From Akkermansia muciniphila ATCC BAA-835 (GTDB lineage: Bacteria > Verrucomicrobiota > Verrucomicrobiia > Verrucomicrobiales > Akkermansiaceae): a stretch of DNA of 32,000 nt. The position numbers and the translations under genes are program-made. The first letter of the stretch is position 1. The number at the start of each line of letters is the position of its first letter. The stretch covers positions 1,320,001 to 1,352,000 of the forward strand of contig NC_010655.1 of assembly GCF_000020225.1 (NCBI RefSeq). Reading direction: 5' to 3'. A model generated the notes under the pieces. The model ran no database searches, had not been told where the DNA came from, and saw only the letters and a program-made list of their open reading frames with translations. This document shows, piece after piece, positions 1 to 8,817 of this stretch.

Positions 1-339
1 TACCCCTCCCAGCTGTATGAAGCGTTTGCGGAAGGTGTGTTTCTTTTTGCCGTGCTGTGGTTTGTACGGGTAAGGTTCCCCCGTGCGTGGAACGGCTTGT
101 TCTGCGGTATTTTTGCCGTTCTTTATGCTGCGGGCAGAATTATTTGCGAAGAGTACCGGGAGCCGGATTCCCCCTTCTCCATGGGATTAACCCGCGGGCA
201 GTTCCTCTCCGTTTTCCTCGTGCTGGTGGGCGCCGCTTTCTTTGTATATGCCTTCAAGACCAGGCAGACGGTTCAGGAATGCGCTTTCTATGAACCTGAA
301 AAGAAAGACGGGAATGAATCGTCCGGAAAGGCCGTTTAA
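1..339 (+). CDS. lgt: Prolipoprotein diacylglyceryl transferase, C-terminal part (5' end cut by window edge)
   Basis: Frame 1 reads from nt 1 as YPSQLYEAFAEGVFLFAVLWF..., matching the conserved (H)PSQLYE region of Lgt. Hydrophobic TM segments follow, with a stop at 337-339. Confidence 0.8.
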   Translation, partial: YPSQLYEAFAEGVFLFAVLWFVRVRFPRAWNGLFCGIFAVLYAAGRIICEEYREPDSPFSMGLTRGQFLSVFLVLVGAAFFVYAFKTRQTVQECAFYEPEKKDGNESSGKAV

Positions 340-1070
340 AACGGGTCCAGGTCAAATTCCCCTGTTTTGGGAATACTGCTGGCGGGACCAGCCTTGAAAA
401 TATCTGCAATGCAGCTGGAAAAAAGCCGCAAATTCCGTTGGTCGAAGGCAAAACGTTCAAATTCCTTTACGGAAAACAGGGTGATGGGATCCGTGTTGTA
501 AGCTTTGAATTCCATGATGCCGGCGTCCGTATTCGTATTTGACAGGCGTCCCTCAATGCCTACGTCCCCGCTCATGAAGCGCCCCAGGATCAGGGAAGTT
601 CCCGGAAGGGGGGAGACCAGGGAAACAAGATCGGACATGATGTTGCCGCCCACGTCCGTAGGCTTCAGCTTGACTATGGCGAGGCTGAGAGTTACAGATC
701 CCGGAACGGGGCGGTCAACCAACTGCCATTTCATCCTCCCGCCTGTCTGTCTGGATTTGTTTTCCAACACGTTGCGGATGTCTTTCTGCAGCCCGGCCCT
801 GAATTGTGCCGCCAGGGACGGGGATTCCTTGGGGAATCTGGCTTTGATATAGTCAATATTGACGGGGGCTACATATACTTTCAGCCTTGGAGAATTCCAG
901 ACGGCCTGTTCCGAGGGATTATACCAGACGCCTCCAAAACAGCTCTGCCTGGAGTCCGCGTGAAGGGGATGGGTAATTAAAGGGGAAACGGGCATTGTCC
1001 GGGAACTGGAACAGGAAAAAACCAAACCTGTTCCCAGCGCCAGGAATAGCCGTGGAATAGCGCCGTGCAT
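336..1070 (-). CDS. Putative lipoprotein, function unknown
   Basis: I chose the internal ATG at 1070 (MHGAIPRLFLALGTGLVFSCSS...), which gives a signal peptide with a lipobox-like VFSC. The track's upstream extension to 1223 is Pro/Arg-rich and looks non-coding. I recognised no domain. Confidence 0.55.
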   Translation of the reverse strand: MHGAIPRLFLALGTGLVFSCSSSRTMPVSPLITHPLHADSRQSCFGGVWYNPSEQAVWNSPRLKVYVAPVNIDYIKARFPKESPSLAAQFRAGLQKDIRNVLENKSRQTGGRMKWQLVDRPVPGSVTLSLAIVKLKPTDVGGNIMSDLVSLVSPLPGTSLILGRFMSGDVGIEGRLSNTNTDAGIMEFKAYNTDPITLFSVKEFERFAFDQRNLRLFSSCIADIFKAGPASSIPKTGEFDLDPF

Positions 1071-1346
1071 GCAGAATAAGACGGTATCCGCCCGGGTGGT
1101 GTTCGAGTCATGACCCGATTGGCGCCAGGGGGGGGCCGGAGGGGGTGGCTCCGGAAATTCCGGGGCGGTTTTGTGCCTCCTAACGGACGGGTGGCGGGCC
1201 GGCAGGGAATGGGCGAATGGCATAAGAATAGCCGGAGCGGGGAAACGGCACGGTCAGAAGAACTCCGGACGACAAGGAAACGCGCAAGGTTGCCCCGTGT
1301 CCGGATGCATGATTGACAAGCCGGAAAAGCGGGGCATGCTGTTGAT

Positions 1347-2630
1347 ATGAGATACGAGCCGCTTCCTTCTTCCTTTTTTGCCGGCAACCGTGAAGAACTT
1401 GCTTCCCGCCTGCCTGCCGGCAGTATGCTGATTCTGCACGCCAACGACGTATTTCCTACGAATGCGGACGGCACTTTTGCCCTGCATCAGAATGCCAACC
1501 TCTTTTATCTTACGGGAGTTGACCAGGAAGAAACCGTCCTGGTCATGACCATCCGGGAGGACGGCTGGGATGAGATCCTGCTGTTGCGTGAGACAAATGA
1601 ACAGATTGCCATCTGGGAAGGCGCCCGGCTCTCGCAGGAACAGGCGAGAGAGCTGAGCGGCATCCAGGACGTGCGCTGGACCGATGAATATGATGCGCTG
1701 CTGGAGGCCCTGGTGCCGTCCGCATCCATGGTCTTTGTGGAAGCCAACCAGCATCCGCGATGCACATGCCCGGTGGAAACGCGCAATGCCCGCATGACCA
1801 AGGAGCTGAAGGAAAAATTCCCGGACGCTGTTTTGAAGAATGTCTATGAAATCTTGGCGGACATGCGGCAAATCAAAAAGCCGGAAGAAATCAAGGCTCT
1901 CAAAAAAGCCTGCGACATCACCAATGAAGGCTTCCGGGAATTGCTCCGGTTCATCAGGCCGGGGGTGGGCGAATGGCAGATTGAGGGATTCCTGGCCAAC
2001 GAATTCATCAGCCGCGGTCCGCGCAAATTCTCCTTCCTACCCATCATCGCTTCCGGAAAGGATACCTGTGTGCTGCATTATATCCAAAACGACAAACGGT
2101 GCGAAGACGGCGATCTGGTGCTTATGGACATAGGCACGGAATACGGGAATTACAACTCCGACATGACCCGCACCGTTCCCGTGAACGGAAAATTCACTCC
2201 CCGCCAGCGCGCTGTGTATGAAAGCGTGCTGAATATGATGACCTACGCCAAAAAGATTCTGAAACCCGGAATCCTGAAATCGGAGTACGAACGCCTGGTG
2301 CGCGTTTTTGCCGCCGGGGAACTCGTCAAGCTGGGGCTGATCACACCCGCGCAGGTGGCGGAAAAACCGTCCGATCCTCCCATTGTCCGGAAATATTACA
2401 TGCACGGGTGTTCCCACTTCCTGGGGCTGGATGTGCACGATGTGGGCGAAGCCAACCCCGTTGTGTTGCCGGGCATGGTTTTCACCGTGGAACCGGGCAT
2501 CTATATTGCGGAAGAAGGCATAGGCATCCGTTTGGAAAACGACGTCCTGATCGGGGAAACAGAAAACATCGACCTGTTGGGAGACGTGCCTTTGCTGCCT
2601 GATGACATTGAACGGCTCATGGCCCGGTAA
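1347..2630 (+). CDS. pepP: Xaa-Pro aminopeptidase (peptidase M24B)
   Basis: 427 aa with an N-terminal AMP_N-like region. M24 metal-ligand motifs are present: [34 protein letters not shown]. Confidence 0.85.
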   Translation: MRYEPLPSSFFAGNREELASRLPAGSMLILHANDVFPTNADGTFALHQNANLFYLTGVDQEETVLVMTIREDGWDEILLLRETNEQIAIWEGARLSQEQARELSGIQDVRWTDEYDALLEALVPSASMVFVEANQHPRCTCPVETRNARMTKELKEKFPDAVLKNVYEILADMRQIKKPEEIKALKKACDITNEGFRELLRFIRPGVGEWQIEGFLANEFISRGPRKFSFLPIIASGKDTCVLHYIQNDKRCEDGDLVLMDIGTEYGNYNSDMTRTVPVNGKFTPRQRAVYESVLNMMTYAKKILKPGILKSEYERLVRVFAAGELVKLGLITPAQVAEKPSDPPIVRKYYMHGCSHFLGLDVHDVGEANPVVLPGMVFTVEPGIYIAEEGIGIRLENDVLIGETENIDLLGDVPLLPDDIERLMAR

Positions 2631-2695
2631 AATGGGCCGGATACGGTTCTGAACTTGACAATGGGGCCCGTGTGGGTTTTCATTCCCGTCCCATC

Positions 2696-3571
2696 ATGTC
2701 GAAGAAACTCAAAATAGCTCTTCCCAAAGGCAGTTTGCAGGATTCCACCGTGGAATTGTTCCGCAAGGCCGGCTACAATGTGTATGTGTCCAGCCGCGGA
2801 TACCGCCCGACCTGCGACGACGACGATCTGGAGCTCTTCCTGATCCGTGCCCAGGAAATAGGCCGTTATGTCAATGACGGTTTCATCGACTGCGGCATTA
2901 CCGGGCGCGACTGGATTTATGAAAACAGGGCGGACGTGGAAGTGCTGACGGATCTTCAATACTCCAAGGCTACCTCCAAGCCTACCCGCTGGGTGCTGGT
3001 AGTCCCGGAAAATTCCCCCATTACCTGTGCGGAAGACCTTCAGGGCAAGCGCATCGCCACGGAAGGCGTGGGCATCACGGAACGCTGGCTTCAGGAAAAG
3101 GGTATTGAAGCCCACGTGGAATTCTCCTGGGGAGCTACGGAAGTGAAGGTGCCGGAACTGGTGGACGCCATTGTGGACATCACGGAAACGGGAAGCTCCA
3201 TCAAGGCCAACAAGCTCCGTATCGTGGACACCCTGATGACCTCCTATCCCCAGTTTATCGCGAACCGGGAAACCATGCAGGACGAGTGGAAAAAACAGAA
3301 GCTGGAACGCCTGGTCATGATGCTCAAGGGCGCTCTGGAAGCGCGCCGGAAAGTGGGTCTGAAAATGAACCTTCCTGCTGCTTCCCTGAACGGCCTGGTA
3401 GAGGCCCTTCCGTCTCTGCGCCGTCCCACTATTTCCCATTTGGCGGAAGAAGGCTGGCTGGCCGTGGAAACGGTCATTGACGAATCCGTTGTGAGGGATA
3501 TCATTCCCCAGCTCAAGGCCCTGGGAGCGGAAGGCATCATTGAATACCCGCTTAACAAGCTGGTTTACTAG
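2696..3571 (+). CDS. hisG: ATP phosphoribosyltransferase (long form)
   Basis: Starts [22 protein letters not shown], with ...DITETGSS... and a C-terminal regulatory domain. I preferred the ATG at 2696 over the track's GTG at 2672. Confidence 0.9.
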   Translation: MSKKLKIALPKGSLQDSTVELFRKAGYNVYVSSRGYRPTCDDDDLELFLIRAQEIGRYVNDGFIDCGITGRDWIYENRADVEVLTDLQYSKATSKPTRWVLVVPENSPITCAEDLQGKRIATEGVGITERWLQEKGIEAHVEFSWGATEVKVPELVDAIVDITETGSSIKANKLRIVDTLMTSYPQFIANRETMQDEWKKQKLERLVMMLKGALEARRKVGLKMNLPAASLNGLVEALPSLRRPTISHLAEEGWLAVETVIDESVVRDIIPQLKALGAEGIIEYPLNKLVY

Positions 3572-3613
3572 ATTTTTTTCTCACCACAGTAAAACAACAA
3601 ACGAACCACAATC

Positions 3614-3718
3614 ATGGGATCGCTCAAAAAACGCCGTAAAGCAAAAATCAACAAGCATAAGCGCAGCAAGCGCATGCGTCAGAACCGTCACAAGAAGCGT
3701 TTGCGTTACAAGTCCTAA
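3614..3718 (+). CDS. 34-aa highly basic protein resembling ribosomal protein bS22 (AURKAIP1/COX24-like)
   Basis: My own translation is MGSLKKRRKAKINKHKRSKRMRQNRHKKRLRYKS*. It resembles mycobacterial bS22 as I recall it ([33 protein letters not shown]). It lies 42 nt after hisG and is followed by a terminator. It falls below the ORF-track length cutoff. Confidence 0.65.
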   Translation: MGSLKKRRKAKINKHKRSKRMRQNRHKKRLRYKS

Positions 3719-3773
3719 GGTTTGTGCGCTTCGCTGCTCAAACTGGCAGTCTGTCCGATTTCCGGAAAATTCC

Positions 3774-3808
3774 GGCGTCCTCCTTATCACGGAAGGACGC
3801 CGTTTTTT
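3774..3808 (+). terminator. Rho-independent terminator after hisG and the bS22-like gene
   Basis: GGCGTCCTCC / GGAAGGACGCC stem (one bulge) followed by T6 at 3803-3808. Confidence 0.7.
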
Positions 3809-4300
3809 ATATGGACACAGCTTTTGCATCATTCTCATGAATTCATTGATAAAACTTTTTTTATTTTTCACCGCCTCATGACGATGATTTGTAAAAATTG
3901 TTTCATGATTTCCTGAAATAAAAAAGTAGTCGATGAGAGGGAGGGACTGGAGGAATTTGGACTGGCTGGAATCATATCAATTTTCCGCATGGAAAAAGAC
4001 GGCCATGTTTTTAGTTTTTGATTACCTGATATAAACTCGTGCATGGATTTGTGCGTCACGGGAATCGAACAGGTTATATCTATGGAGACGGTTGCTTAAA
4101 ACAACGTCTGTCTTCCATTTCTGTTCCCTTTTAAGGAAAACCGGAATAATGCTGATGAGCGGAATGGAGCCTGCGCATATTCCATAACGCAGGGGATGAA
4201 AAAACAGGCGGATGTCTCGTGGGCCATCCCTCCGGGTTGAAAGGATGCCTTTTTTCCGGTTTTAACGGCAGGCCATGTCAGACTGTTCCGCATCGGCGTT

Positions 4301-5530
4301 TTACGCCGCCTTTTCTTCCCGGAACCTTTTCAGGGGAATGGTGATGGTAAAAACAGTTTCCCGGTGGGGGATGCTGGAGACGGTGATGGCTCCGTCGTGG
4401 GCTTCCACGGCGCGTTTCACAATGGAGAGGCCTAGGCCCGTTCCCTTGATTTCCGAGGAGTGGTGGGTTTCCACCCGGTAAAAGCGGTTGAAGAGGAAGG
4501 GGATGCTTTCCACAGGAATGCCCACGCCCGTATCCGTGACGGTGATGACGCAGGCGTCCTGTGTTTTGGCGGCGGCCACAGTAATGGAAAGTCCCGGCTC
4601 CGTGTTTTGCTTGAGGGCGTTTTCCACCAAATTGAACAGAATTTGCGTCCAGTAAAAGGGATCTCCATAAAGTTCCCAATCCGTGGGAATGTCCATGTGC
4701 AGGACGGCCTGTTTTTTCTCCCGGATGGAATCCAGACGGGAGAAGACGTCGTCCGCGCAGGAGGTGAGGCGGAACCACTGCTCCTTCAGAATCGCCTTGT
4801 GGCCTGATTCGAGTTTGGAGATCATGAGCATGTCTTCAATAATGTTCATCAGCCTCTGGCTGTTCTGGTGCATGACTCCGATGAATTTGCGGGCCAGTCC
4901 GGGACTTTCCTCCACCAGATCGTCCTCCATCAGGTTTTCCAGATATCCCACGATGATGGTGAGGGGCGTACGCAGCTCGTGGGAGGCGTTTGCCACGAAG
5001 TCCCGGCGCATCTGGTTGGTGAGGTAGTTCTGCGTGATGTTGCGCAGCAGGATGCGCTTTTCTCTGATTGGGGCGTCCGTGATGGCGCTGTCCAGATGCC
5101 ACGCCGTGATGCCGTTTTGCACGCCGCCGGGGGAATTGGCGGCGCTCAGCGTGAATTCCTTGGTGACGGGGCCGTCCGTATCGAATGCTTCCTGAACATG
5201 CCCCAGCAATTCCTGGTTGCAGACCAGGGCCCCCACTTTGCGCCCTTCCAGCTTTTCTTCCTGAAAGAGTTCTTTGGCCAGCGTATTAGCCAGCACGATG
5301 TGTCCGGATGGACCGATGAGCAGGAAGGCCTCTCCCAGAGCTTCCAGGAAGCGCCGTTTGTCCGCGATGGCCTGTTCCTGCGCTTCTTCCCCGCGCTTCA
5401 GCAGGCGCTGAGCGTCCCGCAAGGCTTTTTTCCGGGCTTTCATGGCGGACCGACATACCTGGACCAGATGCCAGTTCAGGTACAGGGAGGCCAGAATAAG
5501 GATGGTTAGGATGTAGTCGATGGCCGACAT
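4301..5530 (-). CDS. Sensor histidine kinase (PhoR-like; one N-terminal TM, HisKA + HATPase_c)
   Basis: H-box FVANASHELRTPLT, N-box LFNLVENALK, G-boxes TDTGVGI and GTGLGLSIV. It starts 12 nt downstream of the response-regulator stop. Confidence 0.9.
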   Translation of the reverse strand: MSAIDYILTILILASLYLNWHLVQVCRSAMKARKKALRDAQRLLKRGEEAQEQAIADKRRFLEALGEAFLLIGPSGHIVLANTLAKELFQEEKLEGRKVGALVCNQELLGHVQEAFDTDGPVTKEFTLSAANSPGGVQNGITAWHLDSAITDAPIREKRILLRNITQNYLTNQMRRDFVANASHELRTPLTIIVGYLENLMEDDLVEESPGLARKFIGVMHQNSQRLMNIIEDMLMISKLESGHKAILKEQWFRLTSCADDVFSRLDSIREKKQAVLHMDIPTDWELYGDPFYWTQILFNLVENALKQNTEPGLSITVAAAKTQDACVITVTDTGVGIPVESIPFLFNRFYRVETHHSSEIKGTGLGLSIVKRAVEAHDGAITVSSIPHRETVFTITIPLKRFREEKAA

Positions 5531-5542
5531 GGAACCGGAGTG

Positions 5543-6247
5543 TTAAGCCTTTTCCTCCGGGATGCGGCGTCCCGGCAGGGTAAAGCGGTAGCCGATGCTG
5601 CGGACGGTTTCAATGCAGTCCGCGTAGGGAGCCAGTTTCTGGCGCAGCCGCTTCATGTGCGTGTCCAGCGTACGGCTCTGGGCCTGGTGGCTGTACCCCC
5701 ATACGCAACTGAGCAGGTCGTTGCGGTTCAGGGTCTGGCCCTCCCGTTCAACCATATGGATCATGAGCTTGAATTCCGTGGCCGTCAGGTCTACTTCCTC
5801 CTTGTCGATATAGAATTTGAGGGCGTTTTTGTCAAAAGTGAAGGGGCCGTATTCCGCAATGACGCTGCCCGGCGTGTGCTCGCACCGTTTCAGCACGCTG
5901 GCCACGCGCAGGACAAGTTCCTTGGGGCTGAACGGTTTGGTCACATAGTCGTCCGCTCCCAGTTCCAGCCCCTGGATGCGGTCTTCCGCCTGGGCCTTGG
6001 CTGTCAGGAAGATGACGGGAATGTTCTGGGTGCGGCTGTCCCGGCGCAGTTCCCTCAGTACGCCGTGTCCGTCCATGCCCGGCATCATCTGGTCCAGCAG
6101 GATCAGTTCCGGCTTGTCCCGGCGCGCCACTTCCAGCGCGGTCAGGCCGTCATAGGCCGCCAGGGGCGTATGGCCCGCACGTTCCAGATTATAAGCCACA
6201 AGATCTGAAATGGCGTGGTCGTCTTCAGCGATAAGAATGGTTGCCAT
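5543..6247 (-). CDS. OmpR/PhoB-family response regulator
   Basis: Receiver motifs ILIAEDD, LILLDQMMPGMDG, VIFLTAK. C-terminal winged helix ...LDTHMKRLRQKL...IETVRSIGYRF. Confidence 0.9.
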   Translation of the reverse strand: MATILIAEDDHAISDLVAYNLERAGHTPLAAYDGLTALEVARRDKPELILLDQMMPGMDGHGVLRELRRDSRTQNIPVIFLTAKAQAEDRIQGLELGADDYVTKPFSPKELVLRVASVLKRCEHTPGSVIAEYGPFTFDKNALKFYIDKEEVDLTATEFKLMIHMVEREGQTLNRNDLLSCVWGYSHQAQSRTLDTHMKRLRQKLAPYADCIETVRSIGYRFTLPGRRIPEEKA

Positions 6248-6463
6248 GTCTGTTTTTTACGATGAAAGAAAGGGCGGTGTCCCGATATTAGATGTGACGA
6301 TTCGTTCACATTTCCCCGCCCGGGAGGCGGTTCCGGACAGTTAAAGCCTCTTCTTATGCAAACATACTGTAACGGAAGCGTTTCCGTTTTGCAAGGCTGG
6401 CCCAGATTCAACTTCTCTTCCCTGCGTCATGTGATACACTTGCCCCGCAACAGTTGTATTGTT

Positions 6464-8140
6464 ATGCGAAGCGATAGAGTTAAAGCAGGGTTCGAGCGTG
6501 CGCCGCACCGCAGTTTGATGCGTGCCACCGGAATGACGGATGAGGATTTAAGCCGTCCTTTCATTGCCATTTGCAATTCTTTTAATGAAGTGATTCCGGG
6601 CCATGTCCACCTGAACAGGGTGGCCGCCCTCATCAAGGAGGAGGTACGCAAGGCCGGAGGAACTCCCGTGGAATTCAACCTTCCCGGCGTTTGTGACGGC
6701 ATTGCCATGGGCCACGGCGGCATGAAGTTTTCCCTGGCCAGCCGTGAGCTGATCGCGGACAGCGTAGAGACGATGCTGAGCGCCCATGCGTTTGATGCTA
6801 TGATCTGCATCCCTAATTGCGACAAGATTGTTCCCGGCATGATTATGGGCGCCCTGCGCTGCAATATTCCCACTATTTTCTGCAGCGGCGGTCCGATGGC
6901 CGCCGGCATGGCGGAGGACGGCACGGTGCTGGACCTGAACAGCGTGTTTGAGGCTGTCGCCCGCTTTAAGGCAGGCAAGATTAATGAGGAGGAACTTCAT
7001 TCCCTGGAATGCCGCGCCTGCCCCGGCGCCGGTTCCTGCTCCGGCATGTTTACAGCCAATTCCATGAATTGCCTGAGCGAGGTGATCGGCCTGGCCCTTC
7101 CCGGCAACGGTTCCCTGCTGGCTACTTCAGAGGAACGAAAGGAGTTCTGGAAGCAGACTGCCCGCCGCGCCGTGGAGATGGCGAAGGCGGACGGCCCCCT
7201 GCCGCGAGACATCGTAACCCGTGACGCTATCGACAATGCTTTCACAATTGATATGGCCATGGGCGGCAGTTCCAATACCGTGCTCCATACGCTGGCTATC
7301 GCCAGGGAAGCCGGCGTGGAGTATGACCTCCAGCGCATCAATGATATTTCTAGGCGAACCCCGAATATTTGCAAGGTGGCTCCTTCCTCCCGCTTCCACA
7401 TGCAGGATGTTCTGCGTGCAGGCGGGGTGAGTGCCATCATTCATGAAATTGCCAGAATTCCCGGAGCCCTTCATCTGGACGCCATGACCGTCAGCGGGAA
7501 AACGCTGGGTGAAACAGTGGAGGGATGCGGCATTGCGGATGAAACCGTGATTCATCCGTTGGAAAATGCCTATTCCCGTGATGGCGGCCTGGCGATTCTG
7601 TTCGGCAATCTGGCTGAGGAGGGCGCTGTGGTGAAAAAGGCGGGTGTGCATCCGAATATGATGAGTTTCCGCGGGCCCGCCGTGATTTTCGAGTCTCAGG
7701 AAGAGGCCTGCGAAGGCATCCTTGCCGGGAAGGTGAAATCAGGCGATGTGGTTGTCATACGCAATGAAGGCCCCAAGGGCGGCCCCGGCATGCAGGAAAT
7801 GCTGGCTCCCACTTCCTATATTATGGGGCAGGGCCTTGGCGCGGAAGTGGCGCTTATTACGGACGGCCGTTTTTCCGGAGCCACGCACGGAGCCTGTATT
7901 GGCCATATTTCCCCGGAAGCGGCGGAAGGCGGCCTGATCGGCCTGCTGAGGAACGGGGATATTATTGAGTATTCCATTCCGGACCGCACGCTGAACGTCT
8001 GTTTGAGCGAGGAGGAGATCGCACGCCGCCGTGCGGATTGGAAACCTACCTATAACAGGGTTTCCTCCTCCTGGCTGAGCCGTTACCGCCAGCTTGCCAC
8101 GAATGCCAGCAAGGGGGCAGTCCTCCGGCGCGGGGAATAA
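6464..8140 (+). CDS. ilvD: Dihydroxy-acid dehydratase
   Basis: Starts [23 protein letters not shown], with [16 protein letters not shown] and [12 protein letters not shown] motifs. I preferred the ATG at 6464; the track's 36-aa N-terminal extension has no homology signal. Confidence 0.93.
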   Translation: MRSDRVKAGFERAPHRSLMRATGMTDEDLSRPFIAICNSFNEVIPGHVHLNRVAALIKEEVRKAGGTPVEFNLPGVCDGIAMGHGGMKFSLASRELIADSVETMLSAHAFDAMICIPNCDKIVPGMIMGALRCNIPTIFCSGGPMAAGMAEDGTVLDLNSVFEAVARFKAGKINEEELHSLECRACPGAGSCSGMFTANSMNCLSEVIGLALPGNGSLLATSEERKEFWKQTARRAVEMAKADGPLPRDIVTRDAIDNAFTIDMAMGGSSNTVLHTLAIAREAGVEYDLQRINDISRRTPNICKVAPSSRFHMQDVLRAGGVSAIIHEIARIPGALHLDAMTVSGKTLGETVEGCGIADETVIHPLENAYSRDGGLAILFGNLAEEGAVVKKAGVHPNMMSFRGPAVIFESQEEACEGILAGKVKSGDVVVIRNEGPKGGPGMQEMLAPTSYIMGQGLGAEVALITDGRFSGATHGACIGHISPEAAEGGLIGLLRNGDIIEYSIPDRTLNVCLSEEEIARRRADWKPTYNRVSSSWLSRYRQLATNASKGAVLRRGE

Positions 8141-8161
8141 TAGTTTCCCTTTTAACAGCAG

Positions 8162-8194
8162 CCGCTTCCCGTGATAGCCGGGAAGCGGTTTTTT
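8162..8194 (+). terminator. Rho-independent terminator of ilvD
   Basis: CCGCTTCCCG (8162-8171) pairs with CGGGAAGCGG (8179-8188), followed by T6. Confidence 0.75.
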
Positions 8195-8280
8195 ATGCCT
8201 GTTTTCCTTGCTCTGTAGTCTGGCAGGCTGCATGGTCGGATTGCCCGCATCCGGCATTGAAAAAACTGCCTGGGTAAAGC

Positions 8281-8311
8281 GGAACCGCTTCCTGTGAAGG
8301 GAAGCGGTTCC
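8281..8311. repeat. GC-rich hairpin related to the ilvD terminator hairpin
   Basis: GGAACCGCTTCC (8281-8292) pairs with GGAAGCGGTTCC (8300-8311). It shares the 11-mer GGGAAGCGGTT with 8180-8190. No adjacent T-run. Confidence 0.4.
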
Positions 8312-8770
8312 TAATCAACAATTCATGTTTTTCCAAGAAATGTTTTATTTGGAAATTCTGAGGCGGTCGCTCATTTTTTTCAGGGAAAGGACAATTAGTT
8401 CATTTTGAGTGGATGGATAGCGTTTCTTTATTTCCGATGGTGAAAGTCGTTTTCCCGGAGTTGGTGATGGAAAGGGAGCGTCCCTTCCGTCTCGTCCCGT
8501 TTGCCGGAATTATGGATAATAGGGTGGAAACGGGTTTGAGCGGCACGTACATTTCGGGAAAATAGCCTCTTCCTGTGCAGAGAGGGAAATGATTTTGTAA
8601 AAAATTCCGTTGCTGTCCGTTATGCTGATGATGTAACCCGTTTTCAGTATTCGCAGGAGGGCGATCTTGATAAGCCTGGTTTACCGGAACTGATGTTGCA
8701 GGAAGGCTGCGGAATGACGCAGGCCGGGACCAGGACATGGCGTTCCTTGTTGAAGGAAGCGTTGGAGATT

Positions 8771-8802
8771 GCCTTCCCGGTTCCCTGCGGAACCGGGAAG
8801 GC
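8771..8802 (-). terminator. Candidate terminator hairpin just 3' of the autotransporter gene (no U-tract)
   Basis: Perfect 14-bp stem: GCCTTCCCGGTTCC (8771-8784), loop CTGC, GGAACCGGGAAGGC (8789-8802). It lies 16 nt after the stop codon at 8818-8820. Confidence 0.45.
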
Positions 8803-8817
8803 CGGAATGGACATCCG

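Noticed and set aside
4060-4070. GGGAATCGAAC (minus strand GTTCGATTCCC), resembling a tRNA T-loop
   Set aside because: The flanking bases do not form a 5-bp T-stem, and no acceptor, D or anticodon arms can be drawn. It is not a tRNA or a convincing tRNA fragment.
4152-4159. CTGATGAG, the hammerhead-ribozyme core word
   Set aside because: I could not build the required stem II closing onto a GAAA box or matching stems I and III around it. One chance occurrence of an 8-mer is expected in 64 kb of two-strand sequence.
6371-6390. Small hairpin AACGGAA/TTCCGTT followed by TT in the ilvD leader (possible attenuator)
   Set aside because: It has only a 7-bp AT-containing stem and a very short T-run. 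There is no Ile/Val/Leu-rich leader peptide upstream. The evidence is too weak to call.
6356-6463. N-terminal extensions offered by the ORF track for ilvD. The same applies to rsmA 29366-29584, ogpA 19815-20018, galE 29303-29350, the lipoprotein 1071-1223, and the hisG GTG at 2672
   Set aside because: Internal ATGs give canonical family N-termini or signal peptides ([10 protein letters not shown]..., MKPSEIRNVL..., MLKRLLSAFF..., MKVLVTGGAG...). The extensions are compositionally non-coding.
8400-8738. 112-aa minus-strand ORF in the ilvD-autotransporter gap
   Set aside because: It has odd composition, no start context or motif, and overlaps another weak ORF (8681-8905) that runs into the autotransporter gene. 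It is more likely non-coding, and I kept it only as part of the gap finding.
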